Positions 40,271 to 50,642 of a stretch of 64,000 bases of DNA are shown piece after piece (the stretch's first letter is position 1; every line of letters starts with the position of its first letter). Position numbers and translations under genes: made by a program. Source of the DNA: Gammaproteobacteria bacterium (GTDB taxonomy: Bacteria > Pseudomonadota > Gammaproteobacteria > Arenicellales > Poriferihabitantaceae). The stretch is from positions 3,670 to 67,669 of the forward strand of contig JAALKB010000003.1 of the NCBI GenBank assembly GCA_011088265.1, given 5' to 3'. The notes below the pieces were generated by a model, which saw only the letters and a program-made list of their open reading frames with translations, searched no databases and was not told the DNA's origin.

Positions 40271-40810
40271 TCAGGCAGACAAATTGTCGGCAATGGGGTC
40301 CGGACAATAGGCACGGCGTTTACAGTTCAGACAATGGTCCCCTAGATACAGTTGATCGATCCAGTCACTGAGTTTTTTTATTTCCCCAGAATCGTCAAAC
40401 AAAAACCCAGCTTCGAAGTTTCGTTTGTCCCTGTGTTTAGACCCCATTCCGGCACCGGTGAGATTCGGAGACCCGAGAAAGGCCAATTGACCATCGATGA
40501 CGATGGCTTTTGTGTGAACCCTGGGACAGAGAATTCTTTCGAACAGCTCGTTGTTAATCAGGGCGCTGAATCGGTCGAAATCCTCCCTGAACCGGGGACC
40601 GGGCTCTTTAGCATGAATAAGACGAACGGAAACACCTTTTTCCACTAGCTCAGCCAGTAAACGCAAAAAAGGTTGAAAATCCCCTCCCCCCATGTCTACA
40701 TACATGTCCTTGATATCTGCGGTGACAATCCACAGGTAGTGCCGGGCTTTGGGCACACTGCGTTGAATAACTTCGGTGTAAATCTCGCCGTTAAGAAGCA
40801 GCTTATGCAT
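40271..40810 (-). CDS. single-HKD phospholipase D/Nuc-like protein with C-terminal Cys cluster
   Basis: HTKAIVID (HxKxxxxD) plus GSPN. C-terminus HCLNCKRRAYCPD. ATG 40810 is chosen to avoid overlap with glpE. Confidence 0.7.
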   Translation of the reverse strand: MHKLLLNGEIYTEVIQRSVPKARHYLWIVTADIKDMYVDMGGGDFQPFLRLLAELVEKGVSVRLIHAKEPGPRFREDFDRFSALINNELFERILCPRVHTKAIVIDGQLAFLGSPNLTGAGMGSKHRDKRNFEAGFLFDDSGEIKKLSDWIDQLYLGDHCLNCKRRAYCPDPIADNLSA

Positions 40811-40859
40811 CACGGTCTGCCCAAAAATGCTATAGACACTGTAAATCTGCAGGAATCGA

Positions 40860-41165
40860 CTAGCCACCACCTTGCTGCTGCCACAACGCATAACCACCAT
40901 CCAGACTATAGGCTTCTGCGAATCCCTGTTCACCAAAATAGTTCGCCGCTCCCTGGCTCATGTTGCCGTGATAGCAGCAAACGACCAAAGGCGTAGAGTG
41001 ATCTGCCGTGGAGACAAATTCTGAAACCGTTTCATTATCAAGATGGATGGCATTTTCAATATGCCCAGCATCAAAACTAGCTCGATCCCTGATATCAACC
41101 ACATTAGCCTGACGATCCCGAATAAGGGTTTTTGCCTGATCAATATTTATACGTGCAAAACTCAT
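40860..41165 (-). CDS. glpE: rhodanese-domain thiosulfate sulfurtransferase
   Basis: 101 aa with active-site loop CYHGNMS. Confidence 0.8.
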   Translation of the reverse strand: MSFARINIDQAKTLIRDRQANVVDIRDRASFDAGHIENAIHLDNETVSEFVSTADHSTPLVVCCYHGNMSQGAANYFGEQGFAEAYSLDGGYALWQQQGGG

Positions 41166-41289
41166 GATATTACCAACAATGCCAGATTAGCCACGGATTA
41201 TGGAGCCCAGTGATATCTGATTACAAATAGACTCTTCCCACATCAATTTTTTGTTACTCCCATAAAAATCACTGGAGTATCCTATCATC

Positions 41290-41340
41290 CCAACCAGACC
41301 ATCCAACCAGACCACCCAAATAGACCATTCCAAATAGAGA
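41290..41340. repeat. degenerate 13-14-bp tandem repeat (about 4 units)
   Basis: ccaaccagaccat ccaaccagaccac ccaaatagaccatt ccaaatagaga, intergenic. Confidence 0.7.
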
Positions 41341-41372
41341 TTGTCGCAGTTTCTGCTGTCCCTGACTAAACC

Positions 41373-42458
41373 CTACTGCGGTGGAATTAGTACCAACTTG
41401 CCGGTGTATTTTTTTTCCAGAAAATCCGTTTGCGCCTGGCCGATATCTGCTAGAGAATAGGTTTTTGCTACTAATGGCTTAATCTCTCCAGCTTCCACGT
41501 ATTTTACCAGGTTCTCAAACACGATATCTTCCTGAAAAGTGCAGCCAAAGAAACTTAAATCCTTTAAATATAGAGTCCGAACATCCAGCGTCACCATGGG
41601 TCCCGCGATGGCACCCGCGGTAACGTAACGACCACCCCGCCGAAGCACATCCAATAATTCGGTCCACTGATCTCCGGCAACGAGATCGACGACCACATCC
41701 ACACTATCCCTTCCAAGAGCACCCACAATACTGGTTCCACGTTCAATGACCTTGTCCGCACCCACGGATTCGACTTCCGCCATCTTGTTTTTCCTAGCCA
41801 GGGCAATCACTTTTGCACCGCGACGTTTGCATAGTTGCACTGCAGCAGAACCAACACCACCGGATGCGCCGGTGATTAAAACTGTCTCCGCACCAATACC
41901 AGCACGATGCAACATCCCCTCTGCAGTAGAATAGGCGCAGGGCAATGACGCGAGTTCAGCATCGCTCCAATCACAGTCCACCCTGTGAGTTTCCCGGGCA
42001 GGGGCCTTTGTGTATTGAGCAAATGCACCATCGCATTCTGAACCAAAAGTCCAGCAATCATAAGGCTTATAGTCACAATAGGTGCGCAGCATATTTCTCA
42101 CCAGCACCCGCTCACCGATCCTGCCCTGATCAACCCCACAGCCTACTGCCACAACATGTCCACAACAGTCCGCTCCCTGAATCCGGGGAAACACCAACGG
42201 CACCCCGGACCAACTACCATCATCATCTTCGGCATGATCAAAACCATCCTCACCACCGTCACTGGTAGCACTGGTTACGGATTTGGAGTACCAAGCGGTG
42301 CGGGTATTAACATCGGTATTATTGACCCCCGCAGCCGCTACTTTGATAAGTACTTCCCCATCGCCAGGGGCAGGCACTGGCACATCATGCCGATATTCAA
42401 GTTTTTCCAGCCCACCGTGACCGGTGAGTAAAACAGCAGACATTAAGTCAGGAATCAT
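41373..42458 (-). CDS. zinc-type alcohol dehydrogenase/quinone oxidoreductase (MDR family)
   Basis: GEVLIKVAAAGVNNTD and the cofactor loop ITGASGGVGSAAVQL. 361 aa. Confidence 0.8.
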   Translation of the reverse strand: MIPDLMSAVLLTGHGGLEKLEYRHDVPVPAPGDGEVLIKVAAAGVNNTDVNTRTAWYSKSVTSATSDGGEDGFDHAEDDDGSWSGVPLVFPRIQGADCCGHVVAVGCGVDQGRIGERVLVRNMLRTYCDYKPYDCWTFGSECDGAFAQYTKAPARETHRVDCDWSDAELASLPCAYSTAEGMLHRAGIGAETVLITGASGGVGSAAVQLCKRRGAKVIALARKNKMAEVESVGADKVIERGTSIVGALGRDSVDVVVDLVAGDQWTELLDVLRRGGRYVTAGAIAGPMVTLDVRTLYLKDLSFFGCTFQEDIVFENLVKYVEAGEIKPLVAKTYSLADIGQAQTDFLEKKYTGKLVLIPPQ

Positions 42459-42544
42459 GGTCTGTTTTCTAAACTAAGTGAGTCAATAGAGGTGAGTAAA
42501 TGAAGAAGCTAATCATGCCATACAAAATCGGCTAGGGTAGAGAA

Positions 42545-43750
42545 TCATGCTACTTTTAGTTTATTTGCCACCCATTTGTGAAAATGGTGAGTGGGATTAT
42601 CCATGACCGGAGAGAATACCCCTCCCAGGTAACCTGGAGACTGACGCCCCTGTTGCATTCCCTCAACTGCACTTACGTCTTCCTGAAAAACCACACGCCA
42701 AGACTCAAGTACCGAACTACGACAACCTTCATAGTGTGAATTTAGCGCCTCGTCCCCAACATAGTAGACGCGCAGATGTTCAATGGATCTGGATTCAGAC
42801 TTCGGCTCGATAATCATGACAAAGGAATGGTCCGCCTGAAGTCCTAAAAGGACATTGGGATAGAAAGACACATATTCCGCTTCCTTTAGTCGATCCTCCG
42901 GCCACTCGGGAAAGGTTGGCAAACTAACTCCTGCATCATCCGACAGATTATAGGCCCAACTCCCCTGGCCACCAAATCGGTCTTCAATCATAATATCGTA
43001 GTGGTCTTCAAGTCGGGAGTAACGATTCAGATCCGGGTGGATAAACGGCAAATGATAGCTTTCACAGTAATTCTCCACCGCAAGCTTCCAATTGCTTTGT
43101 ACTTCTACCGTCAATTTGCTCTGAGCACTGGAACTACGGAGATGGGAGAGTCCATTATTTCCCAGAAAGGCGCTCCATCTTTCTGTCAACGGCGCAATGT
43201 AGTCTTCAAATGACCCTGCATCTCCAGAAAGATTCACGAAAATTATATCCATCCAAACCGCGTGGGCCACAGGCTTGAGACCATGGTCAGCGCAATCGAA
43301 GCCCTCAGCAGAGTGATTATCCACCCCTCCGATATGAGGCGTGCTACGCAGATTCCCGGATAAGTCGTAAGACCATGAGTGATATGGGCAACGAAGTAAT
43401 GACCCAACCTCGCGCTCTTCTTCGACAAGGAGCCGGCCACGATGACTACACACATTATGAAACACTTGTATCTGATCTTCCCTGGTGCGGGTAACAACCA
43501 AAGGAAGGCCCAGAAAATTGATGGGCTTAACATAACCGGGCTTTACCAGGTCACTGGCAAAACCAATACCTGCCCAGGTTTTGCCAATTACCGCCTCCCT
43601 TTCTAACGCCAGAAAATCCGCATCAACATAAGCCTGATTCGGGAGGCCCCTTGCCTGTCCAATGGGTTTTAAAACTGACTCTAGCGGAATGGAGATGGCA
43701 CCGGATGTTTGATTTGTCACTGTATTAGCTCCTAAACAGAATATGCTCAT
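42545..43750 (-). CDS. Rieske [2Fe-2S] ring-hydroxylating oxygenase alpha subunit (choline-monooxygenase-like)
   Basis: CSHRGRLLV...CPYHSWSY Rieske motif. Catalytic NWKLAVENYCESYHLPFIHP. Confidence 0.8.
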   Translation of the reverse strand: MSIFCLGANTVTNQTSGAISIPLESVLKPIGQARGLPNQAYVDADFLALEREAVIGKTWAGIGFASDLVKPGYVKPINFLGLPLVVTRTREDQIQVFHNVCSHRGRLLVEEEREVGSLLRCPYHSWSYDLSGNLRSTPHIGGVDNHSAEGFDCADHGLKPVAHAVWMDIIFVNLSGDAGSFEDYIAPLTERWSAFLGNNGLSHLRSSSAQSKLTVEVQSNWKLAVENYCESYHLPFIHPDLNRYSRLEDHYDIMIEDRFGGQGSWAYNLSDDAGVSLPTFPEWPEDRLKEAEYVSFYPNVLLGLQADHSFVMIIEPKSESRSIEHLRVYYVGDEALNSHYEGCRSSVLESWRVVFQEDVSAVEGMQQGRQSPGYLGGVFSPVMDNPTHHFHKWVANKLKVA

Positions 43751-43944
43751 TGTCTGTTGGTCTCACGGTCTACCCTATCAGTCTCATGGCATATCAATAG
43801 CATATCCATGGCAAGGCAGAATAGCACGCTATCGGACGCCTACCCGCAAGATTCATGATTGCGATATTGCGCTTAATCCCGCTTCTTGACAATATCCCAA
43901 ATAATCGTTCAGACTTTACTTCAAGTAAACTCAAGGAGTTCAAA

Positions 43945-44877
43945 ATGGCCCGGCGGCACTACCACCTCCCCTCCCTAACCTCTTTAAATACCTTTGAATC
44001 CTGCGCGCGACAGGTCAGTTTCAAGCTAGCATCCAGGGAACTTGGGGTGACCCTTGGTGCTGTTAGCCGTCAGATCAAACTATTGGAAGGGGAGCTCGGT
44101 TGCAAATTGTTTATTCGCAATCAGCGGGGGGTGGAATTAACCCGGCAAGGCAGGGAACTGCAAAACAGTTTAAGTGCCAGTTTCTCCAACATCGCCAGTG
44201 TTTGTCGATCCATCGTCCTTCGAGGCTACCAGTCAGATGTCACTATCGCTGCTACCACCGCCTTCGCCTCTCTATGGTTAATGCCAAAACTTGGCGAATT
44301 TTGGGACACCCACAAAAATATCATCATCAACCACGCTATTTCTGATAACGCTAGCGATGTGGTGTATCAGCAAGCCGACCTACGAATTCGTTACGGTGCC
44401 GGCGAATGGCCCGGCGAAACCTCAACAATATTATTTAATGACATCATCTACCCGGTGTGCGGACAACGGTTTCTCGCAGGAAAGGAAATTTCGCATCCAG
44501 CCCAATTACTTGAATTCCCCTTGCTCCAGCTGGACGGACTCGACCCCCAATGGAGTACGTGGGATGACTGGATGACGCAATTGGGAATTGCAGGGCGAAA
44601 AACAAGTTTTAGGCGATTCACCAACTATCTCATCGCACTACAGGCAGCAGAAAATAATCAGGGAATATCACTAGGCTGGCATAGCCTGGTTGGGCCCCTG
44701 GTGGAAAGCGGCAAACTGGTCAGAATTGGTGAATGGAAAATTCCTGCACCGTGTGCTTTTTATTTAACCTGGGACACCCAGGGAAAACTGTCAGGAGATG
44801 CGAAATTGCTACAGCAATGGTTAATGGCTTTGTCACAAAATCCAGGGCACAGCAAACCAATTAGCAACAATGATTAA
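43945..44877 (+). CDS. LysR-family transcriptional regulator (GcvA-like)
   Basis: LTSLNTFESCARQVSFKLASRELGVTLGAVSRQIKLLE. AAGGAG lies upstream of ATG 43945. Divergent from the Rieske gene. Confidence 0.85.
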   Translation: MARRHYHLPSLTSLNTFESCARQVSFKLASRELGVTLGAVSRQIKLLEGELGCKLFIRNQRGVELTRQGRELQNSLSASFSNIASVCRSIVLRGYQSDVTIAATTAFASLWLMPKLGEFWDTHKNIIINHAISDNASDVVYQQADLRIRYGAGEWPGETSTILFNDIIYPVCGQRFLAGKEISHPAQLLEFPLLQLDGLDPQWSTWDDWMTQLGIAGRKTSFRRFTNYLIALQAAENNQGISLGWHSLVGPLVESGKLVRIGEWKIPAPCAFYLTWDTQGKLSGDAKLLQQWLMALSQNPGHSKPISNND

Positions 44878-44913
44878 CCAGGAACGCGAAACGAATGCCA
44901 ACGAAAAAAGCCT

Positions 44914-45177
44914 TCATTGGTGTCGACGATAGAAATATCGCACCACCCCAATCAGACTAATCACAACCCAAAACCCCTCGATCAATACCGAGGCGAAGTT
45001 AAACTCGTAATACAGCGAAACCAGAATCAAACTGGCCCCTGCTCCATTGACCACAGAAAATGCCAGTCTTTCGCTATCAATGCGTCCTATTTGAATCAGA
45101 AAGTAGCAAAATAGAATCATTGCCACTCCCAAAGTTCCCAGCCAGTCGTACCAGGGTGTATTCAGTATGACATTCAT
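44914..45177 (-). CDS. small 3-TM membrane protein, function unknown
   Basis: The hydrophobic profile of the translation is the only evidence. Confidence 0.4.
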   Translation of the reverse strand: MNVILNTPWYDWLGTLGVAMILFCYFLIQIGRIDSERLAFSVVNGAGASLILVSLYYEFNFASVLIEGFWVVISLIGVVRYFYRRHQ

Positions 45178-45231
45178 GGGGAGCTCCCCATCCCCAACAA
45201 CCAATAGGACACGAGATGCCTCCATGGGGGA

Positions 45232-45837
45232 TTAGCCTTGATCACAGCGATACTCCGTTACTATTCCGTTTTCCAATAGATATACTACATCGTGGGGGTG
45301 AGCCGTGGACAGTATTGTTGAGTTATCAAGTCCCAGGTAATGCCCCCGCATTAGTCGACTGACCATGTCGTGGGTAATGACTACGTTAGTCACATCCGCT
45401 GCAAGACCACTCATCCAGGACGTTACTCGATCGTAGACCATCCCATAGCTCTCTCCGCCGTCGAAGATATAGTTCCAACGATCCTGATTACGAATTTTTC
45501 GTTGGCCTGGGTAACGCACATCGACATCTTCATTCGTCAGCCCCTCCCAATTGCCATAAGCGATTTCCATGATTTCGTCTGCAATTTCCAATGATTTCGC
45601 GGTCAAACCCAAAGCCGACTGGATGTATTTCGCACTATCCCTTGCACGTTTTAACGGACTACTGATCAGTCTCAGGTCAGTACAATGATTAACCTCACCA
45701 AACAGCGATTTCAACATTTTGGCATTGGCTTTCGCCTGTGCAATTCCTTTTCCGGTTAACTCGGAGTCGCTCTGTCCCTGTTTTCTTCCCTCGGTATTCC
45801 ACTCTGTTTGGCCATGTCGAACCAGGTAAATGGACAT
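45232..45837 (-). CDS. histidine phosphatase family protein (phosphoglycerate-mutase-like)
   Basis: IYLVRHGQTEWN RHG catalytic motif. Confidence 0.8.
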   Translation of the reverse strand: MSIYLVRHGQTEWNTEGRKQGQSDSELTGKGIAQAKANAKMLKSLFGEVNHCTDLRLISSPLKRARDSAKYIQSALGLTAKSLEIADEIMEIAYGNWEGLTNEDVDVRYPGQRKIRNQDRWNYIFDGGESYGMVYDRVTSWMSGLAADVTNVVITHDMVSRLMRGHYLGLDNSTILSTAHPHDVVYLLENGIVTEYRCDQG

Positions 45838-45895
45838 TGCCATAAATCCGCAGTTAACCCGATATGAAAGAAAATCCAAAAACCATAATTAGCCT

Positions 45896-46969
45896 CTAGG
45901 AGTTCCCGGTCTGCCCAAACTCCACCATACGACGGATCGAGATCTCCGCTTTTTTACGAATATCTTCAGGGATCAGGATTTCGTTGTCGCCCCGGTCCAG
46001 CACATTGGAGAGACGTTGCAGGTCATTCATCTTCATCCAGGGGCATTGTGCACAACTTTCACAGGCAGCGGACTCCCCTGCGGTAGGAGCTTCAAGAAAT
46101 GTTTTTCCCGGAGCAGCCTGTTTCATTTTATGGAAAATACCAGACTCAGTTGCAACGATAAACGTCTTTGCATCGGACTCCACCGCCGCATTAATGATCT
46201 GACTGGTAGAACCCACGACGTCGGCCAATTCCACCACGCTGGCAGGGGATTCGGGGTGTACCAGTACTTTGGCATCTGGATGTTGTTTTTTCAGGCTCTG
46301 CAATGCCACCGACTTAAATTCCTCATGAACAATACAGGAAGCCTGCCACAACAACATATCTGCTCCGGTTTGTTTTTGTACATAACCACCTAGAAACCGA
46401 TCTGGCGCCCAAATGAATTTTTCTCCTTTTTCATGAAGATGTTTAATGACTTTCAACGCAATGGAGGAGGTCACTACCCAGTCTGCTCTCGCCTTAACTC
46501 CCGCACTTGTATTCGCGTAGACCACCACGGTTCGATCTGGATGCTGGTCGCAGAATTCGCTGAATTCCTTTTCCGGACAGGCCAGATCAAGTGAACATTC
46601 CGCTTCCGTTTCCACCATCAGGATACGTTTTTGGGGGCTTAGAATTTTGGCTGTTTCACCCATAAAACGGACTCCAGCCACAACCACGGTTTTCGCATCA
46701 TGTTGATAACCAAATTTGGCCATCTCCAGCGAATCTGCCACGCATCCACCGGTCTCATCCGCCAATTCCTGCAACTCGTCATCAACATAGTAGTGAGCAA
46801 CCAAAACCGCATCCTGTGCGATCAACTTACGCTTGATATCATCCTTCAAAACACGAAGTTGTTGTGCGTCAAGCTCTGGGTGTTTCACCGCCCACGCACG
46901 ATCTGCTAACGTCTTGATTTTCGCTGTATAGGAAGCGGGGACCTGGGATTCGGTTTGTGACGCATTCAT
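45896..46969 (-). CDS. nadA: quinolinate synthase
   Basis: About 357 aa with typical NadA blocks ([35 protein letters not shown]). Confidence 0.9.
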   Translation of the reverse strand: MNASQTESQVPASYTAKIKTLADRAWAVKHPELDAQQLRVLKDDIKRKLIAQDAVLVAHYYVDDELQELADETGGCVADSLEMAKFGYQHDAKTVVVAGVRFMGETAKILSPQKRILMVETEAECSLDLACPEKEFSEFCDQHPDRTVVVYANTSAGVKARADWVVTSSIALKVIKHLHEKGEKFIWAPDRFLGGYVQKQTGADMLLWQASCIVHEEFKSVALQSLKKQHPDAKVLVHPESPASVVELADVVGSTSQIINAAVESDAKTFIVATESGIFHKMKQAAPGKTFLEAPTAGESAACESCAQCPWMKMNDLQRLSNVLDRGDNEILIPEDIRKKAEISIRRMVEFGQTGNS

Positions 46970-47251
46970 AATTAAGTCCAATGAAGTTAATTCAGTATAT
47001 CCGCTGGGGGGCTGAAGCCTGTATGATATGTTGAAGCAACATATTGAAGTCCCCAGTAGCGTCTCTTTAGTTGATACCAGTTACGCCAGAATTCAAGTCA
47101 GATTTAAGCTCACAAATTCCTCCGATCACTGGGATTATTCGAAACTATGTTGAAGACAGGCTGTCTAGCGCTGGTAAGAATTTTTTGTTGAGATTTTTTT
47201 TACAAGAAGCTATTTTACTACCACTCGCCTCACTATTTCAGGATAAATACC

Positions 47252-47722
47252 ATGCAATGGGTTCTACTTGGCATCATCGCTGTCGCACTAATTGTTATGT
47301 CCAGCCGCTATCCTAAAGTGGCCTTCAGCTTATTGGGGCTATTAATTGCAATTACAGCGGCACTTTTTTATTCCACCACGGACAGCGCCTTGCTGAATCG
47401 AAGCAAGATAGCGCTGTCTGATATTCGAATTCAAAATGCAGTTATGACTCCCGCCTATGCAGATAGTTATCGTTTCAATGCAAGACTGGTTAACAACAGC
47501 GAATCAGTTCCGCTAAAAGAAGTCACCATTAGTATCACCATGTACGACTGCGCCGATGACACCCAGCAAAGCTGCCAAACCATTGGCCAGGCCGAGGAAC
47601 GAATCAATATCAACGTTCCGCCTACCCAGGCGAGGGACGTCGCCCGAACCGTTTCGTTTCATTCTGCCAGCCCAGAAGCCTTCGTTCGATGGGACTTCCA
47701 GGTCACGAAAACCCGCAGCTAA
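47252..47722 (+). CDS. membrane-anchored hypothetical protein
   Basis: Two N-terminal TM helices followed by a soluble domain. No recognised motif. Confidence 0.4.
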   Translation: MQWVLLGIIAVALIVMSSRYPKVAFSLLGLLIAITAALFYSTTDSALLNRSKIALSDIRIQNAVMTPAYADSYRFNARLVNNSESVPLKEVTISITMYDCADDTQQSCQTIGQAEERININVPPTQARDVARTVSFHSASPEAFVRWDFQVTKTRS

Positions 47723-47888
47723 CATTCCCGGTTAAACCCATCACTGCCCCTTATCGGCACCCTTGATTGAAAACAGAATACCCATCTAATTGGACACTTT
47801 TTATCTGGCCTTGTTGTCTGACCTTTTTTGTTTGACCCAATAACTCCTCAAACTACTACTATCATTTTAATTCTATCGGAATTCATTC

Positions 47889-48347
47889 ATGCTCATATCC
47901 ATCGCACTAATGTTACATATCCTTGCTGCTGTCATCTGGGTTGGAGGAATGTTTTTCGCTTACTGTCTGCTCCGACCGGCTCTGGGCACCACCGTTGACG
48001 GGCCGACACGGTTGACAATATGGGCAGAAACATTCAAAAAGTTCTTCCCCTGGGTTTGGCTCTGTATCATCATGCTAATCGCCACCGGTTTCTACATGAT
48101 AAACCAGCTGGGCGGATTCTCAGCAATTGGCAACCATATCAACCTGATGGGAGGAATCGGTTTGCTGATGGCGCTAATCTTCAAATTTGTTTACCTCGCT
48201 CCTTTCCGCCATCTTTGCAGGGGAGTGGAAGAACAAAAGTGGGAAGTAGCAGCCTATGCTCTGGGCACCATCAGAAAACTGGTTCTCGTGAATCTTTGCC
48301 TCGGGATTTTGACCATTGTTTCAGCCACCGCACTAAGAGGATGGTGA
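47889..48347 (+). CDS. CopD-like 4-TM membrane protein
   Basis: HILAAVIWVGGMFFAYCLLRP resembles the CopD/DUF-type copper-resistance-D fold. Tentative. Confidence 0.45.
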   Translation: MLISIALMLHILAAVIWVGGMFFAYCLLRPALGTTVDGPTRLTIWAETFKKFFPWVWLCIIMLIATGFYMINQLGGFSAIGNHINLMGGIGLLMALIFKFVYLAPFRHLCRGVEEQKWEVAAYALGTIRKLVLVNLCLGILTIVSATALRGW

Positions 48348-48426
48348 GAAAATGGTAGCCCGATTGAAACGATTTCGTTTTTTTCCTTCTCACTTTCCCC
48401 CTCCCTGTTTTATTCCTCTAAGGGGA

Positions 48427-48969
48427 ATGAGCCATTGCCGATTGTTTCCTGATTTTTGGTTGTTCTCGATTTTGTTGGCTACTTTATTGACTGGCGCGAC
48501 CGACAATCTTTTCGCCGGGGAACCCACCCGTAATCCAGCCCCTGACCTGTCCCTTGAAGATAACCAGGGAGAAGTAGTCAGGCTTGAAGATTATCTGGAT
48601 CAGGTAGTAATGGTCAGTTTCTGGGCAACCTGGTGCCCACCCTGCATCGAGGAATTTCCATCCCAGCAGAAGCTAAAAGAAGCCAATAAAAATCAGAACT
48701 TCGAAGTGTTGGCGGTGAATCTCGGACAAAGCAAATCCGACATTGACCATTTTCTATTCTCTTTGGAGTCCCCTGTGAATTTCCCAATTTTGTTGGACAC
48801 CGACTCAGTAGCAGCAAAGGAGTGGAAGATTAGGGCTCTGCCAACCACAATTTTAATCGATAAAAATGGCAATGAGGTTTTTCGGGTCAACGGGCCACGA
48901 GACTGGAATGACCGGGAAAGCCGAGAAAAAATCTCTGCTCTGCTTAGGGAAAATAATAAAAAGGGATGA
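48427..48969 (+). CDS. TlpA-family thiol:disulfide oxidoreductase
   Basis: WATWCPPC thioredoxin motif after an N-terminal signal/anchor. Confidence 0.8.
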   Translation: MSHCRLFPDFWLFSILLATLLTGATDNLFAGEPTRNPAPDLSLEDNQGEVVRLEDYLDQVVMVSFWATWCPPCIEEFPSQQKLKEANKNQNFEVLAVNLGQSKSDIDHFLFSLESPVNFPILLDTDSVAAKEWKIRALPTTILIDKNGNEVFRVNGPRDWNDRESREKISALLRENNKKG

Positions 48970-49637
48970 GCCGATCCAACCATTTCCCTAAACTATCCCC
49001 AGAGACTCCTTATCCGTTGATCGGCATCTATGGTGGAACTTTTGATCCTGTCCACTATGGACACATCAACCCCGTCTCATCAGTAGCGGAGCAATCAAAT
49101 CTGAAAAGGGTATTGTTCATCCCCTCAGCGATCCCCCCCCATCGCCCCCAGCCTGTTGCCAGCGCGGAGGATCGGTTGAAAATGGCGCAGATCGCTGTTA
49201 GCGGGTATCCACGATTTCGCGTTGACGACCGGGAACTCAGACGTAATAACCCTTCCTACATGATCGATACGGTTCTATCGTTAAAAGCGGAAAACCCACA
49301 TCAATACTATTGCCTGATTCTCGGCATGGATGCATTGTTAGGGCTTGAGAATTGGTACCAATGGGAAGCCTTATTTAACCATGTTCATTTCATCGTAATG
49401 CAACGGCCTGGCTGGTCCCAATCCACTCCTCTACCCGCTTGGTGGCAGGCCCGGGAAGCACGGACATTTAGTCAGCTTCAACAATCAAAGGCTGGTAGAA
49501 TCCACCTCATCAAAACCGACCTCATTGATATCTCCGCGACGGAAATACGAAACCGGCTGAAAAGCGATAAGGATGTCAGCAAACTGATACCTCAAGGGGT
49601 TTATCAATATATTCGTAACAACCAATTGTATGAGTAG
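48966..49637 (+). CDS. nadD: nicotinate-nucleotide adenylyltransferase
   Basis: GIYGGTFDPVHYGH (HxGH) and the PPHR motif. Start overlaps the upstream stop. Confidence 0.9.
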   Translation: MSRSNHFPKLSPETPYPLIGIYGGTFDPVHYGHINPVSSVAEQSNLKRVLFIPSAIPPHRPQPVASAEDRLKMAQIAVSGYPRFRVDDRELRRNNPSYMIDTVLSLKAENPHQYYCLILGMDALLGLENWYQWEALFNHVHFIVMQRPGWSQSTPLPAWWQAREARTFSQLQQSKAGRIHLIKTDLIDISATEIRNRLKSDKDVSKLIPQGVYQYIRNNQLYE

Positions 49638-49643
49638 TAAAGC

Positions 49644-50066
49644 ATGAGCGAAACCGACAAGATGGCCAGCAGTGCATCCGGAGTAATTCCACAGGAGTCA
49701 ATCCGGATGCGCGACACCATTGTCAACGCATTGGAAGATGCCAAGGGCATGGATGTGCGTGTTCTGGATGTCCGGGAAATGACCGACGTAACCGATTACA
49801 TGATCGTCGCCACGGGGACATCGGATCGCCACGTCAAAAGTCTGGCAGATCGCGTACTGGAATTTATGCATGCACAGGGTTGGCGACACCTCGGTGTCGA
49901 GGGACTTGAAGTCAAGGACTGGATCCTGGTTGATTTCGTCGATGTTGTGGCGCACGTTATGCGGGATTCCGCTCGAAAAAAGTACGATCTGGAAAGCCTT
50001 TGGGACAAAACTTTTGCAGAAGTGGCTAACTCTGACCATCAGCCTTCGGTTCGTGCCCCTCAATGA
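49644..50066 (+). CDS. rsfS: ribosome silencing factor
   Basis: DVRVLDVREMTDVTDYMIVATGTSDRHV signature. Conserved nadD-rsfS-rlmH order. Confidence 0.88.
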   Translation: MSETDKMASSASGVIPQESIRMRDTIVNALEDAKGMDVRVLDVREMTDVTDYMIVATGTSDRHVKSLADRVLEFMHAQGWRHLGVEGLEVKDWILVDFVDVVAHVMRDSARKKYDLESLWDKTFAEVANSDHQPSVRAPQ

Positions 50067-50120
50067 GCAACGGCTGAGCGCCATCGATTAGATAAACCAT
50101 TCACCTTCCATCCTATTCCA

Positions 50121-50591
50121 ATGTTGAACATTCACCTATTGGTTGTGGGGGAAAAAATGCCTCAATGGGTGGAACAGGGCTATAAAGAATACGAAAAACG
50201 GATTCGTGGTCGCGTAAAACTGCAACTTCTGGAAATTCCGACGCTAAAACGAGGCAAAAATGCCGATATCAAACGGATTATTCAACAGGAAGAGCAAAAA
50301 GTAATTAGTGCCATTCCCAGTGGCGCTCACATGATTGCATTGGACCGTATGGGAAAAACACTTTCCACCCTCGATATTTCTTCTCGCATGGATCAATGGC
50401 TAGGAGAGGGAAGGCCGATAGTTCTACTGGTAGGCGGGCCTGAGGGGTTTTCCCGAGCACTGCTGAACCAGGCCGATGAAGTCTGGTCTCTGTCCGCACT
50501 CACCTTCGCCCATCCCCTGGTTCGTGTGATGCTAGCGGAGCAAATCTACCGTTGTTATTCCATTCTGGAAGGACTACCTTATCATCGCTAG
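50121..50591 (+). CDS. rlmH: 23S rRNA (pseudouridine1915-N3)-methyltransferase
   Basis: 156-aa SPOUT protein (LLVGGPEG, FAHPLVRVMLAEQIYR). Confidence 0.9.
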   Translation: MLNIHLLVVGEKMPQWVEQGYKEYEKRIRGRVKLQLLEIPTLKRGKNADIKRIIQQEEQKVISAIPSGAHMIALDRMGKTLSTLDISSRMDQWLGEGRPIVLLVGGPEGFSRALLNQADEVWSLSALTFAHPLVRVMLAEQIYRCYSILEGLPYHR

Positions 50592-50642
50592 TAGCCAGGT
50601 ACTTTGTCGCGATCCAAACCACTAACCAGTACTCAAAATGTA

